64,000 bases of DNA, from positions 46,874,001-46,938,000 of the forward strand of contig NC_045697.1 of assembly GCF_009834535.1 (NCBI RefSeq), written 5' to 3'. Position numbers and translations under genes: made by a program. The notes beneath the pieces were generated by a model. That model was not told the origin of the DNA and did not search any database. It saw only the letters and a program-made list of their open reading frames with translations. Every line of letters begins with the position of its first letter. Within the stretch, counting starts at the first letter, position 1. Shown one piece after another: positions 23,699 through 36,024 of the stretch. The DNA comes from Camelus ferus (lineage: Eukaryota).

Positions 23699-24180
23699 TT
23701 TGTAGACTTGGAGGCTGGTAACCCTTGTTATACCATGGTAAGAAATTCTGTAAAACTGTCACATAGACTAACTTGGAAGGGTATCACTTTCCCAGAGAAC
23801 CTATTATCACGAGGGCAAGTACTTGGAAAGAGCCAGAATGTAAGTGTATGTTGACTGTACCTTGATATTTTTAACAAAACACTACGAGAATGATAGATAC
23901 ATAGATAGACAGTTGACCAGTTAGCAGGTAGCTCTTTTAAAAGAGATCACCCTCTGCCTGCACCCTATAATCTATATTAACTAGCAACTATTAAGTTGGA
24001 GACTTGTTTAGTTGGAAAAGACAACCGAAGAGCAGGAAATACGACTCATGATCTTTTTCAAGCTTCTTCCATGAAGTCCTTTAGACCAAGAAAATGGGAG
24101 CCAGCCTAGTGGCAGAGATGAGATTAAAAGTATTACCATCTATCTCAAGCCTATAATTTCTGAGGGTGTCATGGTAACTA
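23155..24180 (+). mobile_element. MLT1 LTR plus the start of MaLR internal sequence
   Basis: cccttacagctaggtctggccatgtgactaa is an MLT1 motif. It is followed by the MaLR-internal-like aaaacctgaaatatgtggcatt. Confidence 0.7.
23667..23695 (+). repeat. (AC)14 microsatellite
   Basis: Read directly from the sequence. Confidence 0.95.
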
Positions 24181-24506
24181 CCCAATGCTGTGATTTTTAT
24201 CCATAAAATTGATGAGCTCTGTTCATTTCATGCTCTCTCCACTGTCCCACCTTAGTCTATGTTACCATCATCACTTGCCAAGGATACTAAAAGAGCCTTA
24301 ATTCTGGATTTCCTGCTCCACACGTGCCATTCAGTGCTTCACACCACAGTCACAGTGATATTTTAAATAAAGTAAATTTTATCATGGTATGTCTGTCTAA
24401 AAAAAATCACAGCTCTTCAAGTGTTTTAGAAAAAAATTTAAAAAAACCTTAAACAGGGCTTATGAGGCCCCACAAAACCTAACCCCCAACCACCACCCCT
24501 CTAGAA

Positions 24507-24990
24507 TTTTTTTTTAATAAACTTAGTTTTAGAACAGTTTCATATAGATAGAAAAATTCAAAACACAGAGTTCTCATATACTCCTATTATTAATATTAGC
24601 ATGGTTCATTTGTTACAATTGATGAATTACTGCTCATACGTTATTATTAACTAAAGTCCAGACTTTATTCAGTTTCCTTAATCTTCATCTAATGTCCTTT
24701 TTTTTGTTCCAGGATCCCATCCAGGGTACCTCATTACATTTAGTCATCATGTCTCCATGGCTGTGACACTGTTTCTAATGATCTTGACAGTTTTGAGGTG
24801 TATTGGTCAGGTATTTTGTAGAGGGTCTCTGAATTTGGATTATCTGATGTTTTTGTCATGATTGGTCTGGGGTTATGAGCTTTAGAGAAGAAGATCAAGA
24901 AGGTAAAGTGTGATTTTTATCACATAATATCAAGGGTACGGACTAGCAACATGACTTACCTCTACTAATGTTGACTTTGATCACTTGGTC
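24507..24990 (-). mobile_element. Old L1 (L1MC/MD-type) 3' fragment
   Basis: T-tail, then ttgttacaattgatgaa...ttattattaactaaagtcca...ttccaggatcccatccagg. Confidence 0.8.
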
Positions 24991-25789
24991 CCAGCATTAT
25001 TTTCTTTCATTCTTCACCTCACTCTCAAAGTTCTAGCCACAGTGACCTTCTATAAATCCCTCAGACTCGCCGTGGCCCCCTTAGGAATACAGCTCCCTCT
25101 GCCAGGAACATTCCTTTCTCACCTTCACCCTCCACTTCCATATGATTAGTGCCTGCTCATACTTCCGATCTCTGCTCAAGGCACTTTCTCAGCAAACACT
25201 TCTCAGAGACCCCCAGTTCAATCAGGCTTTGGGTACTCTCTGGCCATACACTTTTGCAGAATCATGTTCCTTTCCTTTAGTGCACTGATTTGCCACTAAG
25301 CTAGAAACTCCATGCAAGGAAGGACTGTGTTTTGGTTGACTGGTTTATTTATACCCAACCAAGTATCCCTGATAATTATTGCATTGCTTGGCACAGAGTA
25401 TATGCTCAAAAATTAGTTGTGAATAAAATATTAATGGAACAAAATAACATTTAAAAATATTTGAGTTGAAATAATAATGGAAGAAATATTTAATAAGTTG
25501 CTCCAGTCAACATCAATAGCAGGCGCTTATGATGTACCATGTCAGTTCCTCAGCGCCACTGATTTTAATGCCATTTTGGTGGAAATTCCATGCATCCTTG
25601 CTGGACCACAAGAAGCCATGTCTAGAGCTGATGGAGAGGGCAGTATATAACCCAGAGATACTGGACTTGAAATAGATTAAGTTAATGTCTCCCTCACTTC
25701 AGTTTCCTGGATTGACATCCAAAACAGATTACTTGTAACTAATTGTTAATCAGGGTGTCTTTTCAGAGGAACTAAGACACATATCCAGT

Positions 25790-28370
25790 CATCTTAGAAA
25801 TCAAAACAAAAGATAATCTGGGAATACCTATTAAAATACTAAATATATACATCTTTGGACCCAGCCTTCTCAATCTTAGAAACCTATCTCACAGAAATAA
25901 GAGAATGAGTATGTAGGATATATATGAAGGAGTCATTGCTGTAAAATTATTTAAAATCATGAAACCTGGAAACAACCGGGACATGCAAAAAGAAGAGAAT
26001 GTTTGAAAAAATTTGTATATACATAATAATGAATGTCATATATCTATTTAAAAAATAGTAGTTAGATCTGAATTTATAGACCAAGGAAGATGTTACTATC
26101 AGGTGGGAAAAAAAGACAAGAAATATGATTCCATTTTTCTTAAAAGTGGGTAAATTTACCTACATATGTGGGTATATGTTTCTATAAGCAGATAAAAATA
26201 TGGTAGCATAAACAGCAAAAAGTTGATGTCATATATCTCAGAAGGACAGGGTTGCAAGGAGGAGAGAGATTCCACCCCTTTTTACATCTTCTTAAAAATT
26301 TACATAAGTGATATTTGTGTAATAAAGGATTTTTTTAAAGTGGAGACAAAATTAAAGAATGAAGAAAATTCAGAAGCATAAAGGTAGTAATTTACAGAAT
26401 AAATAAAAATTGCACAATTACCTGATTTCTTAGAATAGAATTAAAAAGGATTTGGGACACATGTGTTAAAGGTGAATCAGGAATAAGTATTCTTTCTTTG
26501 AAAGTTAGAATAGAAAAATATCAAAAATGAGTATTGAAGTTTTAAGTACTTACTAAGAGTATAGCAATTTAGCTTCACAAGTGAAAAAAAAAAAAAGGAA
26601 AAGATTCAAATGATAGTTCAAATCTGAAAAATTGTACTTTTCAGTAAGTAAGAGATCTTCAAACCTGAGAAGAATCATGCCCATGATGAGGCACAAATGT
26701 TTAGCATATTCACCAAATGAATAAAAATATGGGAACTTAATGAAGAAAGAAACAAATGAACAACAACAACAAAGAGCTGCTGTTGCCTACATTAAAGATT
26801 TTTTGGATTAGTAGTGGATTGAATTTTGTGACCTGCCCTTTGATCAAAGCAACACTAGCACTAGCTGGTCTGCAGCAGGGCTGCCCCGCCCCATGTCTCA
26901 GACCACAGGGAGCCACATTCTTTCAGTCCCGTCTCCTGGATGTGATTGGCCTCTCATTTCATACCCCGTACCAGGTACCGCTTGACTACTGCCCTGTGGT
27001 TTTTCTAGACTTCCAGATATGGAACCCTGCCTCTCATACATGCATGTGCAACATCAAAGTGCAGAAGAATTGATAGCCCATGATCAGTTCGCTTATCTTT
27101 GCAAAAGAAAACTCTGAAAGGATAAAACAGAAACTAAAATTGTTATCTGAATAGGGTGGAGTTGGGAGAAACGTAAGTATATAAGTATAGAAGTGAGAAT
27201 TCTATGAATATTATTTTATGTATATAGACTTTTGACTCATGTAAATCGTTTTTACACAATCAAAACATAAGTTTGAATTAAAAAGTAATCCCCTAAACCG
27301 GAAATAAATAAATCTTACTGTTTGTATACTCAAATGAATAACCTAATCATGCAGAAAATCTTTCCAAACAACTTTTAAAAAAATTTTGAGCATTGAATTC
27401 TTTTGTATTCATAACTCTATTCTACATTTGCTTTTTTAAATTGAAGTATAGTCAATTTACAATGTTGTGTTAATTTCTGGTATACAGCATACTCTGGCTA
27501 TACCTGCTGGGTGGGATACAGTCTAAAAAGAAAACCGCAGCTCACAGAAAAATGTCTAACTTGATTTAGATGCAATATTGGTATTATAATTTAGAAATTA
27601 TTTTTTGTATTTATACAAAACAATTTTATGTATATTATACCAAAAAGCAATTAAATAAATATGTTAATGCTATTAGGTACCAAGACTTTCAACATAAATA
27701 TTATACATATGTATAACACACATACAATCTAAAAAGCTAAGAAACAGTATAATATTAAAATTGAAGTGGAAATATTATTTGGATTTCAACACATGCATGT
27801 GCATGCACACACACAAACACCCCAGCTATTCCATGGAAAAGTCATAGAAGTAATGACATTCCTGCAGCAATGATCTTGATCCTAGACTTCTTGGAAAAAT
27901 GGCTGATTTCATATCTAGGGCAAGGAAAGTACAAGGTGAGGAGCCCAAGACATTTTATTATGCCAGAAAGCAAGGAAATGTTCAGAAACGAACTTGGACT
28001 TTGATTAGATATGGTTTGAAAACAGGTTTTTATTTGTAAAAAAAAAAAGGTATTTTGGAACAACTGGAAAAATTTGAATAAAGAATAGATACTATTATTA
28101 ATTTGCTAATATGCATATTTAAGAGAATTTTTAAAAATATATAGTGAAATATTCAGAGATGGAATGTTATACTGCAGGTGACATTTTCAAGTGGTTCATA
28201 AAAATATATACTATATATAATAATATGCAAATAAAACATATATGGTAAAAATAATATTTACAGTTGTTGAAAGTGAATGGTAGTCATATATGTGATCAAT
28301 GTACTAGTCTTCCAACTTTTCAGTATGTTTGACATTTCTATACTTAAAAGATGGAAAAAAATGATGTAAA
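25790..28370 (+). mobile_element. Cluster of old L1ME/L1MC fragments
   Basis: Decayed L1 3' motifs (ctttggacccagc; ggaaacaacc; tattttggaacaactggaaaaatttgaata; cttccaacttttcagtatgtttga). Boundaries are approximate. Confidence 0.65.
27431..27490 (-). mobile_element. Very short cetartiodactyl-type L1 3' end
   Basis: ttttttaaattgaagtatagtcaatttacaatgttgtgttaatttctggtatacagca matches the other L1 tails in the window. Confidence 0.8.
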
Positions 28371-28519
28371 TTCATATCTAATAAAGCAAAGAACAGGAAA
28401 CGGAGCTGACGTTTCCCTAAAGGCCATTTAAGTCCTCTGATTCTACAATAACAGAAAAGGACATTGGGAGTAGTAGTTACAGAGAACAAAAGAAAAATGG
28501 AAGGATTAAAAAACAGCTT

Positions 28520-28840
28520 CCTATAAGCCAATATCATAACAGCTTGCTCATTAGATTAGTGTGATTACTTCTTTATTAGGCCTTATTTGAGCTGTCATCT
28601 GGTATCAATTAGGTCAGTTATAGTCTGTCAGGTCTACTGGAGGGAAATGGAGCAAGGTCCATCATGGCGCGAGGATGGCGTAATTAAAGCAATGGAAGTA
28701 ATGGCTACTCTTCATTTAACCCTCATCCAATCAGCCAAGCCCACATTGGCCTTCCACTCACGTTGAATGCTAAAGATGTGGAAGGAGGGAAAAGATACCG
28801 CCAAAACAGAGTTTTAAAAAGCTCGATTCAATCATAAAAC
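28520..28840. promoter_or_regulatory. Candidate conserved developmental enhancer
   Basis: Repeat-free, with a CpG cluster (ggcgcgagg, ggcgtaat), many TAAT cores, two CTGTCA (MEIS) sites and a CATCTG E-box. Confidence 0.5.
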
Positions 28841-30371
28841 CAAATCAAATCATAGTGAGGTGATGAGTTACAAAGAAAATATACTGAAATATCATTGTAG
28901 AGACTTTAAAAACGGCACAATTCATTTAAAAATCTATTCCCTAGTGACTTAATTCTATACATACGTGTATGTGTGTGTAAATAATTCTCAAGAAAAAAAG
29001 AAAAAGAAGAAGGGGGAATGAAAATGAGACTGTGAGTGTTTTACTAGAGTGAAAAAATTCTGCATAGGTAGTCTAGAATTAAAGAAAGAGCATTTTAAAC
29101 AGGCATGAACTGAATTGAACATATAGCTCCCTTGAGCCTTGAAGAATCTAAGCAAAATCTAGAGACGAAAATTGTGGCCAAATTATTTAAGCCAAGTTGA
29201 TTTTATTCAATTTCAGTTCGGTTGTAAAGGTAACAGAGGAAGCATGAAAGACACGTAAATCGAACTTAGTCCAAGCATTAAAACATTAGAAAACAGCAGG
29301 AGTGAGGTTGGGATTATTAGTTCAAAAAGTTTAACTATAGTGAAATTCCATTTCTGTCTGATAGATAATGAGGGATTTGGCCCAATAGTTACCATGTATG
29401 ACATACATGGATCACTAGTTTTTAATAAATCTTAACCTTATTAATATTTAAATTAGATTTAATTATTGCTCCAAATGAAACAATCCTTTCATGATTCAGA
29501 AAGCTTGAAGAACTTCAGAGTTTTATACACAGAGACTGAGCTAAACCTACAGTTGTCATACATTATACTGTCTAAGCTGTTTTTCCAACAGAAAAGCTGA
29601 TAAGAACTTGTTTCTCATTTTTTTTCTTTCATAAAAGTGGGATACAAAAATGGGGAGTGTGGAGGTTGGGAGCACATTGTGTTTGAGTTTCGTGGGTAGT
29701 CTGGATTACAAATTAAGGGATGTCTATCCATGTGAAGATGTGTGACGTTGATCTGTTCTCTGACCTCGGTGCTGCCATGAAAGTAACTCTTCGACTTGGA
29801 CAAGTGACTTAATATTTCTGGGCCACAGTTTTGTCATTTATGAAATAAAACAGTACATATTACCAAATAATACCTAAATCACTAGTTAGCTTTAAATGTT
29901 GTACCTTTTATGACTTAGTTACCTCTCTCTAAAGCCATTCACCTTCAACAGGAAGGAATTAGATAGGCAGGTAGCAAAGAAAGCAAAAGTGGTGTCAGAG
30001 TCTTACACACACCCCTTCTTCCGTCTTTTCCTCGCTTGCTACTGTTTCTTTTTTTTTTTTTTTTTAAGATTTAGGCATTATTCTTTGTTTAACTAATAAG
30101 ATCACCTACAATGTACAGTATTATGGTAATTATAATATCCTATCAAATTTTCTAGATTGTCATAGAATTTGCAAGTTGTATTTCACATATAATTTCCTAA
30201 ATCTCTTATTATCAACAGATATTAACCAATGGCATCACTATACTAAAAACACCCTAATAAGCTTATATATATATATAAGCCCATGTGGTTACGAGTTTCC
30301 TTTGATCATCCTAAAGTTTGATAAAATATTACTTAAATCTTCAAACATTAAGAAGCTATTATTGTTAGACA

Positions 30372-30571
30372 CAAGATAAACAAGTTTATATTTACAGCAC
30401 AGGGGACTACATTCAATATCTTGTAGTAACCTATAATGAAAAAGAATATGAAAACCAATATATGTGTGTGTATGTGTGTATATATATATATATATAATAC
30501 TGAACTATTGTGCTGTATTACCAGAAATTGACACACCATTGTAAACTAACTATATTCCAATTGAAAAAAAA
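30372..30571 (+). mobile_element. Cetartiodactyl-type L1 3' end with an internal TG/TA microsatellite
   Basis: agataaacaag...acagcacagggg...aacctataatgaaaaagaatatg...ccagaaattgacac followed by an A tail. Confidence 0.88.
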
Positions 30572-30715
30572 GATTGTATCTAGCATGGTTTTAAATCTTG
30601 GTTTTTTGTTCATGCAGTACTTTCCCTGTTTACTCTGCCAAGGGATGGTAGTAGAAGAAAGCCTAACCCTATGCTTTGGGGGAAAAAAAAATCAGACAAT
30701 GGCCAATAGTATTAC

Positions 30716-30854
30716 CTCAACACCAGTTTTATGGCAAAGGGACAATGCTGTCCAATCTCAGGCGTTCTTCAACAGTTTTCATTCGGAGTTCAAAAGGCAG
30801 TAGCTTTCCATAGCCTTCCAAGTGAGCCTGGGGAGGCCAGTTCACTAGGGCTCC
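30716..30854 (-). other. Candidate 139-nt non-coding exon
   Basis: Acceptor aactgcag| (weak pyrimidine tract) and donor GAG|gtaata in repeat-free sequence. Stops in all three frames. Confidence 0.25.
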
Positions 30855-32419
30855 CTGCAGTTCTAACAGAACATGTACAAGCTGATCGGCATCCCAATGC
30901 CTGCCACTGGGGCTGTATGAAAACGCAGCCTCACTAATAGAAGCACAATATGTAAGATGCCAGTGCATCTCAGTGATTTACAGTATGTCAATGTGCAAGC
31001 CCAATGAAGAGGTTTGTTGTCTACCATAAAACCAGATGGATGTAAGCAGTGATTAGAAGCAATTAACTCTGTTCAGCACTAAATAACTTTCCAGCATCAA
31101 TGTACATTTTTCCACCTCATTAGAGGTATGGAGGAGAGCATGAGGTAAGGAGCACTCAATTTGAATTTCAGATATGATATGCATATGTTTGCAGGAAAAA
31201 ACCCACAAATTTGCAAGGAAAACAGAATACACATTAATAAAAGCCTTGCTTTGAAGTCATTTTTGTTCCATCAGTCCTGGCATGGGCACTCAATTTTACC
31301 AGCCATCCATCAGGCCTTACATGAATACAAAACACTTGAAGTTAAGGTCTGGTAAGAGACACAAACATTTATCAAAAAACAGGTGGTAACTGACATAGTT
31401 TTTTTTTGTTTTGCTTCTAATATAATAAAGTATGCTTTTGATGACTGGTAATGTTATTTAAAAGGATAAATCTAGAAAATATCATGTTGATTCTCTAAGA
31501 TAGAAGAGTTTTCCAATTGATATCATTAATTCAGAAGTAAACGTGTTATACCCCCCAAAAAACTTTCAAAATTACTGACTTCTTAAAATATTGTAGAGAA
31601 TGTTCTAGGTCACATGTTTAAAATGAAATATTAAATGAATAAAGGAAATACACTATGATCACAAATCTATAAAGAAATAAACTCAGGAAAAATATTAGAA
31701 ATAAATATTAGAAATAAAATAGTATTAATGGCTATTCTAGACAATAGAATTCTAGATAATGTTTCCTTTATTATTCTTATTCATATTTCCAACTTTTCTG
31801 TAATACACAATTATTTGTTCATTTATCTCTTACTCTGCTCCTTAAAGGATCAGGCATAGCTTAAACAGTAAAGATAATCAAGTTAGTAGGTATTTTATTT
31901 TGTGTGTGTAAATGAACATAAGGAAGTATTAAAGCTGAGTGGTTAACAACTCGTGATTTGTGTATATTTATTTCCCTTTGATAACTATAAATGAATACTT
32001 ATTGTTTATCAAAGTCAGTGATTTTTTTTTCTTAAAGTGAATTTTTTTAATGATACCAATAGTTAATGTGTATAGTACTTGCTCTTTGCCAGGTATTATA
32101 CTAAGTAATTTATACCTGTTCACTCACTTAATCCTCACACAGTAATCCTATGAAGTAAGAACTCTAATTATTAATAACATGGTAAAAAAAAAAAAACACG
32201 ATAAAAAATCATGGTTAATTTAAAGCTACCAATGATTTATCAACCAGACTACAAAATTTCTGAAAATGTATCAATCAGCTCAAAAAACCAATACATGCCA
32301 GCCCCAGCACATCATTGTTTATTAAAGGCTTATCTGCACGTTTTGCAGAGCTGGGCATGCTATAAATAAGTGCAAATATAAACAGCTCTGTTTCTAAAAT
32401 GATGTCATCAATATGTATG

Positions 32420-32971
32420 CTATGGTAGACACTGTTGATTGGTTCCCAGTATCTGCCCCCTTTTTTTCTCCCATTTCTTTTTCCTGAAAGAATTTGATTT
32501 TGCACAATGTCCAGTCCTTCTCCTACCCCAGAGGTGGGGCATTCTGATGTGTCTAAGCTGGGAAGAGTTCAGCCTTCGTCAGAAGTTATTATTAGTCAAA
32601 AAATGGATGTGTGACTTAAGCTGGCCTAAACAGACTAAAGAGAAGCACGTATACTCCACACTTTGACAAGCGTACTTCTAACACTCCTGCTGTTTGTGAA
32701 CAGAGAAGCATGTAATGACTTGTCTGATGGCTAAAGGCAAGTCATTTTAAAACAAGGAGTGGAACAATATTGCGGCTGAAGTCGAGGCTGAGGGAGGCAG
32801 AGAGAAACAAGACAAGAGGCAGAGAGAAACAAGACAATGTGAGTCCCTGATAACATCTCTGGGGCACTCATCAACACTAAATCTCATGTGAGATTATCAA
32901 CGCCATCATTATCTAAGCAGGTGGAGTTGGAGTTTCTTTTACTTAAAGCCAAAAACATCTAAACTAATACA
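32420..32971 (+). mobile_element. MLT1-type MaLR LTR
   Basis: Starts tatggtagacactgttgattgg, carries internal atgtgtgacttaagctggcc, and ends tttctttacttaaagccaaaaacatctaaactaataca. Confidence 0.7.
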
Positions 32972-33695
32972 GGCTTAAACTTAGAGAATGACACGATAAA
33001 CTGTGTGATGGATGCATCTAGTTTATGAGCTCAAGCCAGGCTTACCTATCTGTATATAAATCCTAAAGGCTCGCTACACATTTTACCTCTTCTGGTTTTG
33101 GTGTCAGAGGATCTTGTGAAATGAAGTAAGAGGTAAGTAAGGTAAATGAGGTAGAGGTGGATGAAAAACAGCATTATCTTCCTTGCACTCAGTCAAGGAA
33201 TCACATAGAGGAGAATGATTGTGAAAATACCTTTAAAGGAGGAAAACAATGCTAAGGGATGGTGGGAAGTGAATTCTTGTGTAAGAAATACTACCTGTGA
33301 AAGTGAGCGATTGTAACTGAATAGAGTTAGTTACTGAGAGCATATCAAAAATAAGTGGAGAAGTGCGGAATAAAAGTTCTACGCACTGACTTTTACCTAA
33401 TTTAAAGTCAACATGATACAGAAAATCAATAGCCGGATCTTATTGAGAAAGATCATTAGACAAATGACCCCCTCTCTCACACACAGTATCTCAGCATATA
33501 CGCTATAAAATCAACTATATTAAAAACATAGAAATAAATCAGAGTTTAACTATAATTTTATGACACTCTGGTACATAAAATCAAGCCATATAAAATTTAA
33601 AACAAAAGATTGCTTTCCTACCATAGTTTATGCTGATGAAACTTCAAATGTTAATTTTAGGGAAAAGGGCTTTTGCAAATACGAATTTAGAAATA

Positions 33696-33915
33696 CAGTT
33701 GACCCTTGAACTCCACAGGGGTTAAGAGTGCTAACCTTCCAAGGAGTCAAAAAATCCAGCTATAACATTACAGCTGGTCATCCATACTTGTAGTTCCACA
33801 TCTGCAGATTCAACAAGGGCCCCGTAGTCCTATTTACTGAAAAAAAAAAGAAAGAAAGAAATCTATGTATAAGCTGACCCACGCAGTTCAAACTCATGTT
33901 GTTCGAGGTCAACTG
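33696..33915. mobile_element. Tigger2-family (TcMar) MITE
   Basis: Terminal inverted repeats cagttgacccttgaac / gttcgaggtcaactg flanked by TA TSDs (33694-33695, 33916-33917). Confidence 0.9.
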
Positions 33916-35213
33916 TAATTTCAAAATGGCAGTCAGACCACACTGTACTCCCAAATCATTAGATTAGCACCGGCCACTGTATCCTAAAGACAGCTAAATC
34001 TGCCACAAATCATATACACCAATTGCTTTTACCAACTACATTTTTAGCCCATACACCCTCGCTAGCCTGTGAATATTTTCAGCATACAGCTGAATAACCG
34101 AACCCCAAAGCTCTTACTTCATTAATACTCCTATCTGTCCCACAAATACGGTTGTCTCCCTGTGCTTTTGGCAGTTGCTAGAATTAATTCGTTAGTTGAT
34201 AACCTCATCCAATACCTAATTGTGATAATAATTAACCAGTATACTTTTTAAAATATCCTGGAATCCATGTATAAGTAAGTGAGTGTCTAGTTTTTGTGTA
34301 AAGTATTGTGCATGTTATTATAAAGAGTGAAGAAAATAGTGTATGATGTAGTCTCTGTCCCAAGGAGTTCACAATCTAATTGTGAAGATAAGATTAAGAT
34401 TTATGGACAAAAACAAACATTACAAGACACTATACAAATCATAATATTCAAGAAAGGCAGAAATACCTTGTCTACTCAGAATTCAGCCTATAATCAACCG
34501 CACCTCTTACAACCAAGAGAGGTAGCACAGAAAGCTTTTATCACGTTGTACATTTCAAGGGCTTACAAGAAAGGAAGCCTTGAGCCCTCATTGGAGATTA
34601 TTTCCTATTTTTATGATATCCTAACAAACTAGACTACATAATTCAAAGAGACAATTGATTTAAAAGTGACAAAATAGACCTTGGGAGAAGTAACGGCCCA
34701 GAGCAAAAAAAGAAAAAGAAAAACTTTAATAATAAGGGAATAATCCTACACATTTCAGTGGCACCTAAGAGTACTGTTTTACTAATAAAAATCATTGTTC
34801 ATAGTGATGACCCTGAGTTATCAAGAAAGTGTGAAATTAGAATAATCTGCTTAAGATGGCAAGGAGGCATATAAAATTATCTATGAAAATATTTCATTTA
34901 AAATATCTAAGTTATAGTGCTTATGACAGGGGATCTGCCATTCAGAATTATGCTGCCAGTTTTCAGATAGCAGAGGTTTCAATGTGCATTTTTGTTCTAG
35001 AAAATTCCAGGGAGACACCTGGCATTGGCTGAGTCTTTTTTAGCTTATGAGAACAGCTCTCATGATTAAAAAAAAAGTTGATATTTCTTTCTAGAATATT
35101 TTCCAAGATGAAGTGTTTATAAACTCACATCTTTGGGGAAGTTTACCAAGTGGGGTAAGAAGATGGTCCATTCTAGACCCATGAAAAAGAACGGCATTCT
35201 CAGGAATTTTTAC

Positions 35214-35377
35214 CTTGCTTCTCTTTTCTGCAAAGTGAGCCATTCAGGCATTGCATCTTCTGAAATTTCCTCGCCTCTTTCAGGGAAGCATATTGGGGCA
35301 GAGCTTGCCAGCTGTCTGCTCCCTTTGCCTTCTGCTGCCATTATCCCGAGGTACCGCCCCACCTTCTGGCCCTCCAG
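35214..35377 (-). other. Candidate exon or alternative first exon
   Basis: Donor AAG|gtaaaa at 35214/35213. A long pyrimidine tract ends caag| at 35378. GC box at 35354-35360. An open frame runs into the donor. Confidence 0.35.
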
Positions 35378-36024
35378 CTTGTGGGGGGTGGGGAAGAGGG
35401 AGGAGAACAGAACTCTTGCTGCCTCTGACATGCGTAACACAATGAAAAGAGCAGAAGGATGTATATCTATACATATATTTGTCTCCCTCTATATAGACAT
35501 ATATAGACTGATAGTGTGAGTGTGTGCATGGAAATGCATGTGAATCCACACACCCAGTGCCAGAATTACTCTATATGTATATATACAGAGTATATATTCC
35601 ATATGCTCGCTCTTTCTGCAGCACACATATGCAGCTGGGAATAACTGCTGTGAAAAAAAAAATACATACTTACCAAATTATCAAGCAGAAACAAGAATAT
35701 ATGGAATTTAACTATAATAAATTCTTCTCATCTGTTGCCGCCTTTATTAAAGCATGCTTACACAGCTTAAGAAAATATCTAGCATTTCATATTGTATGCA
35801 TATAAAAAGACCTCCTTTTCTTAAAGTCCCCGTTTTACACTGCTCAGCCAACGTCATTGTGCTGGTTTTGGAAGAACAACTAATGCAGTCAAAAGGTTTA
35901 AAAAGGCACCATAAACACCTAATGCTACATATGATGGTTGTGGAGATGTTGGAATGAGGGAAAAGCACAGGATAGAGTGGGCAGGTGAACAGATGAGAGG
36001 ATTCAATAATAGACAAATATATGT

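Larger units (their letters stand above)
22700..25430 (+). mobile_element. Fragmented L2 (about 22700-23150, 24200-24500, 25000-25430), split by MaLR and L1 insertions
   Basis: Collinear L2 blocks (ctaaggtcaccaatga; ccatcatcacttgcc; tgcttggcacagagta) ending in the L2 tail. Confidence 0.7.

Noticed and set aside
15276..26602. Two poly(A) tracts both preceded by CACAAGTG (15276 and 26576)
   Set aside because: There is no further flanking similarity or TSD, so this is consistent with chance.
33108..33140. Plus-strand 25-nt micro-exon with a perfect GAG|GTAAGT donor
   Set aside because: The donor lies in low-complexity gtaag-like repeats, the length is not frame-preserving, and there is no other plus-strand exon support.
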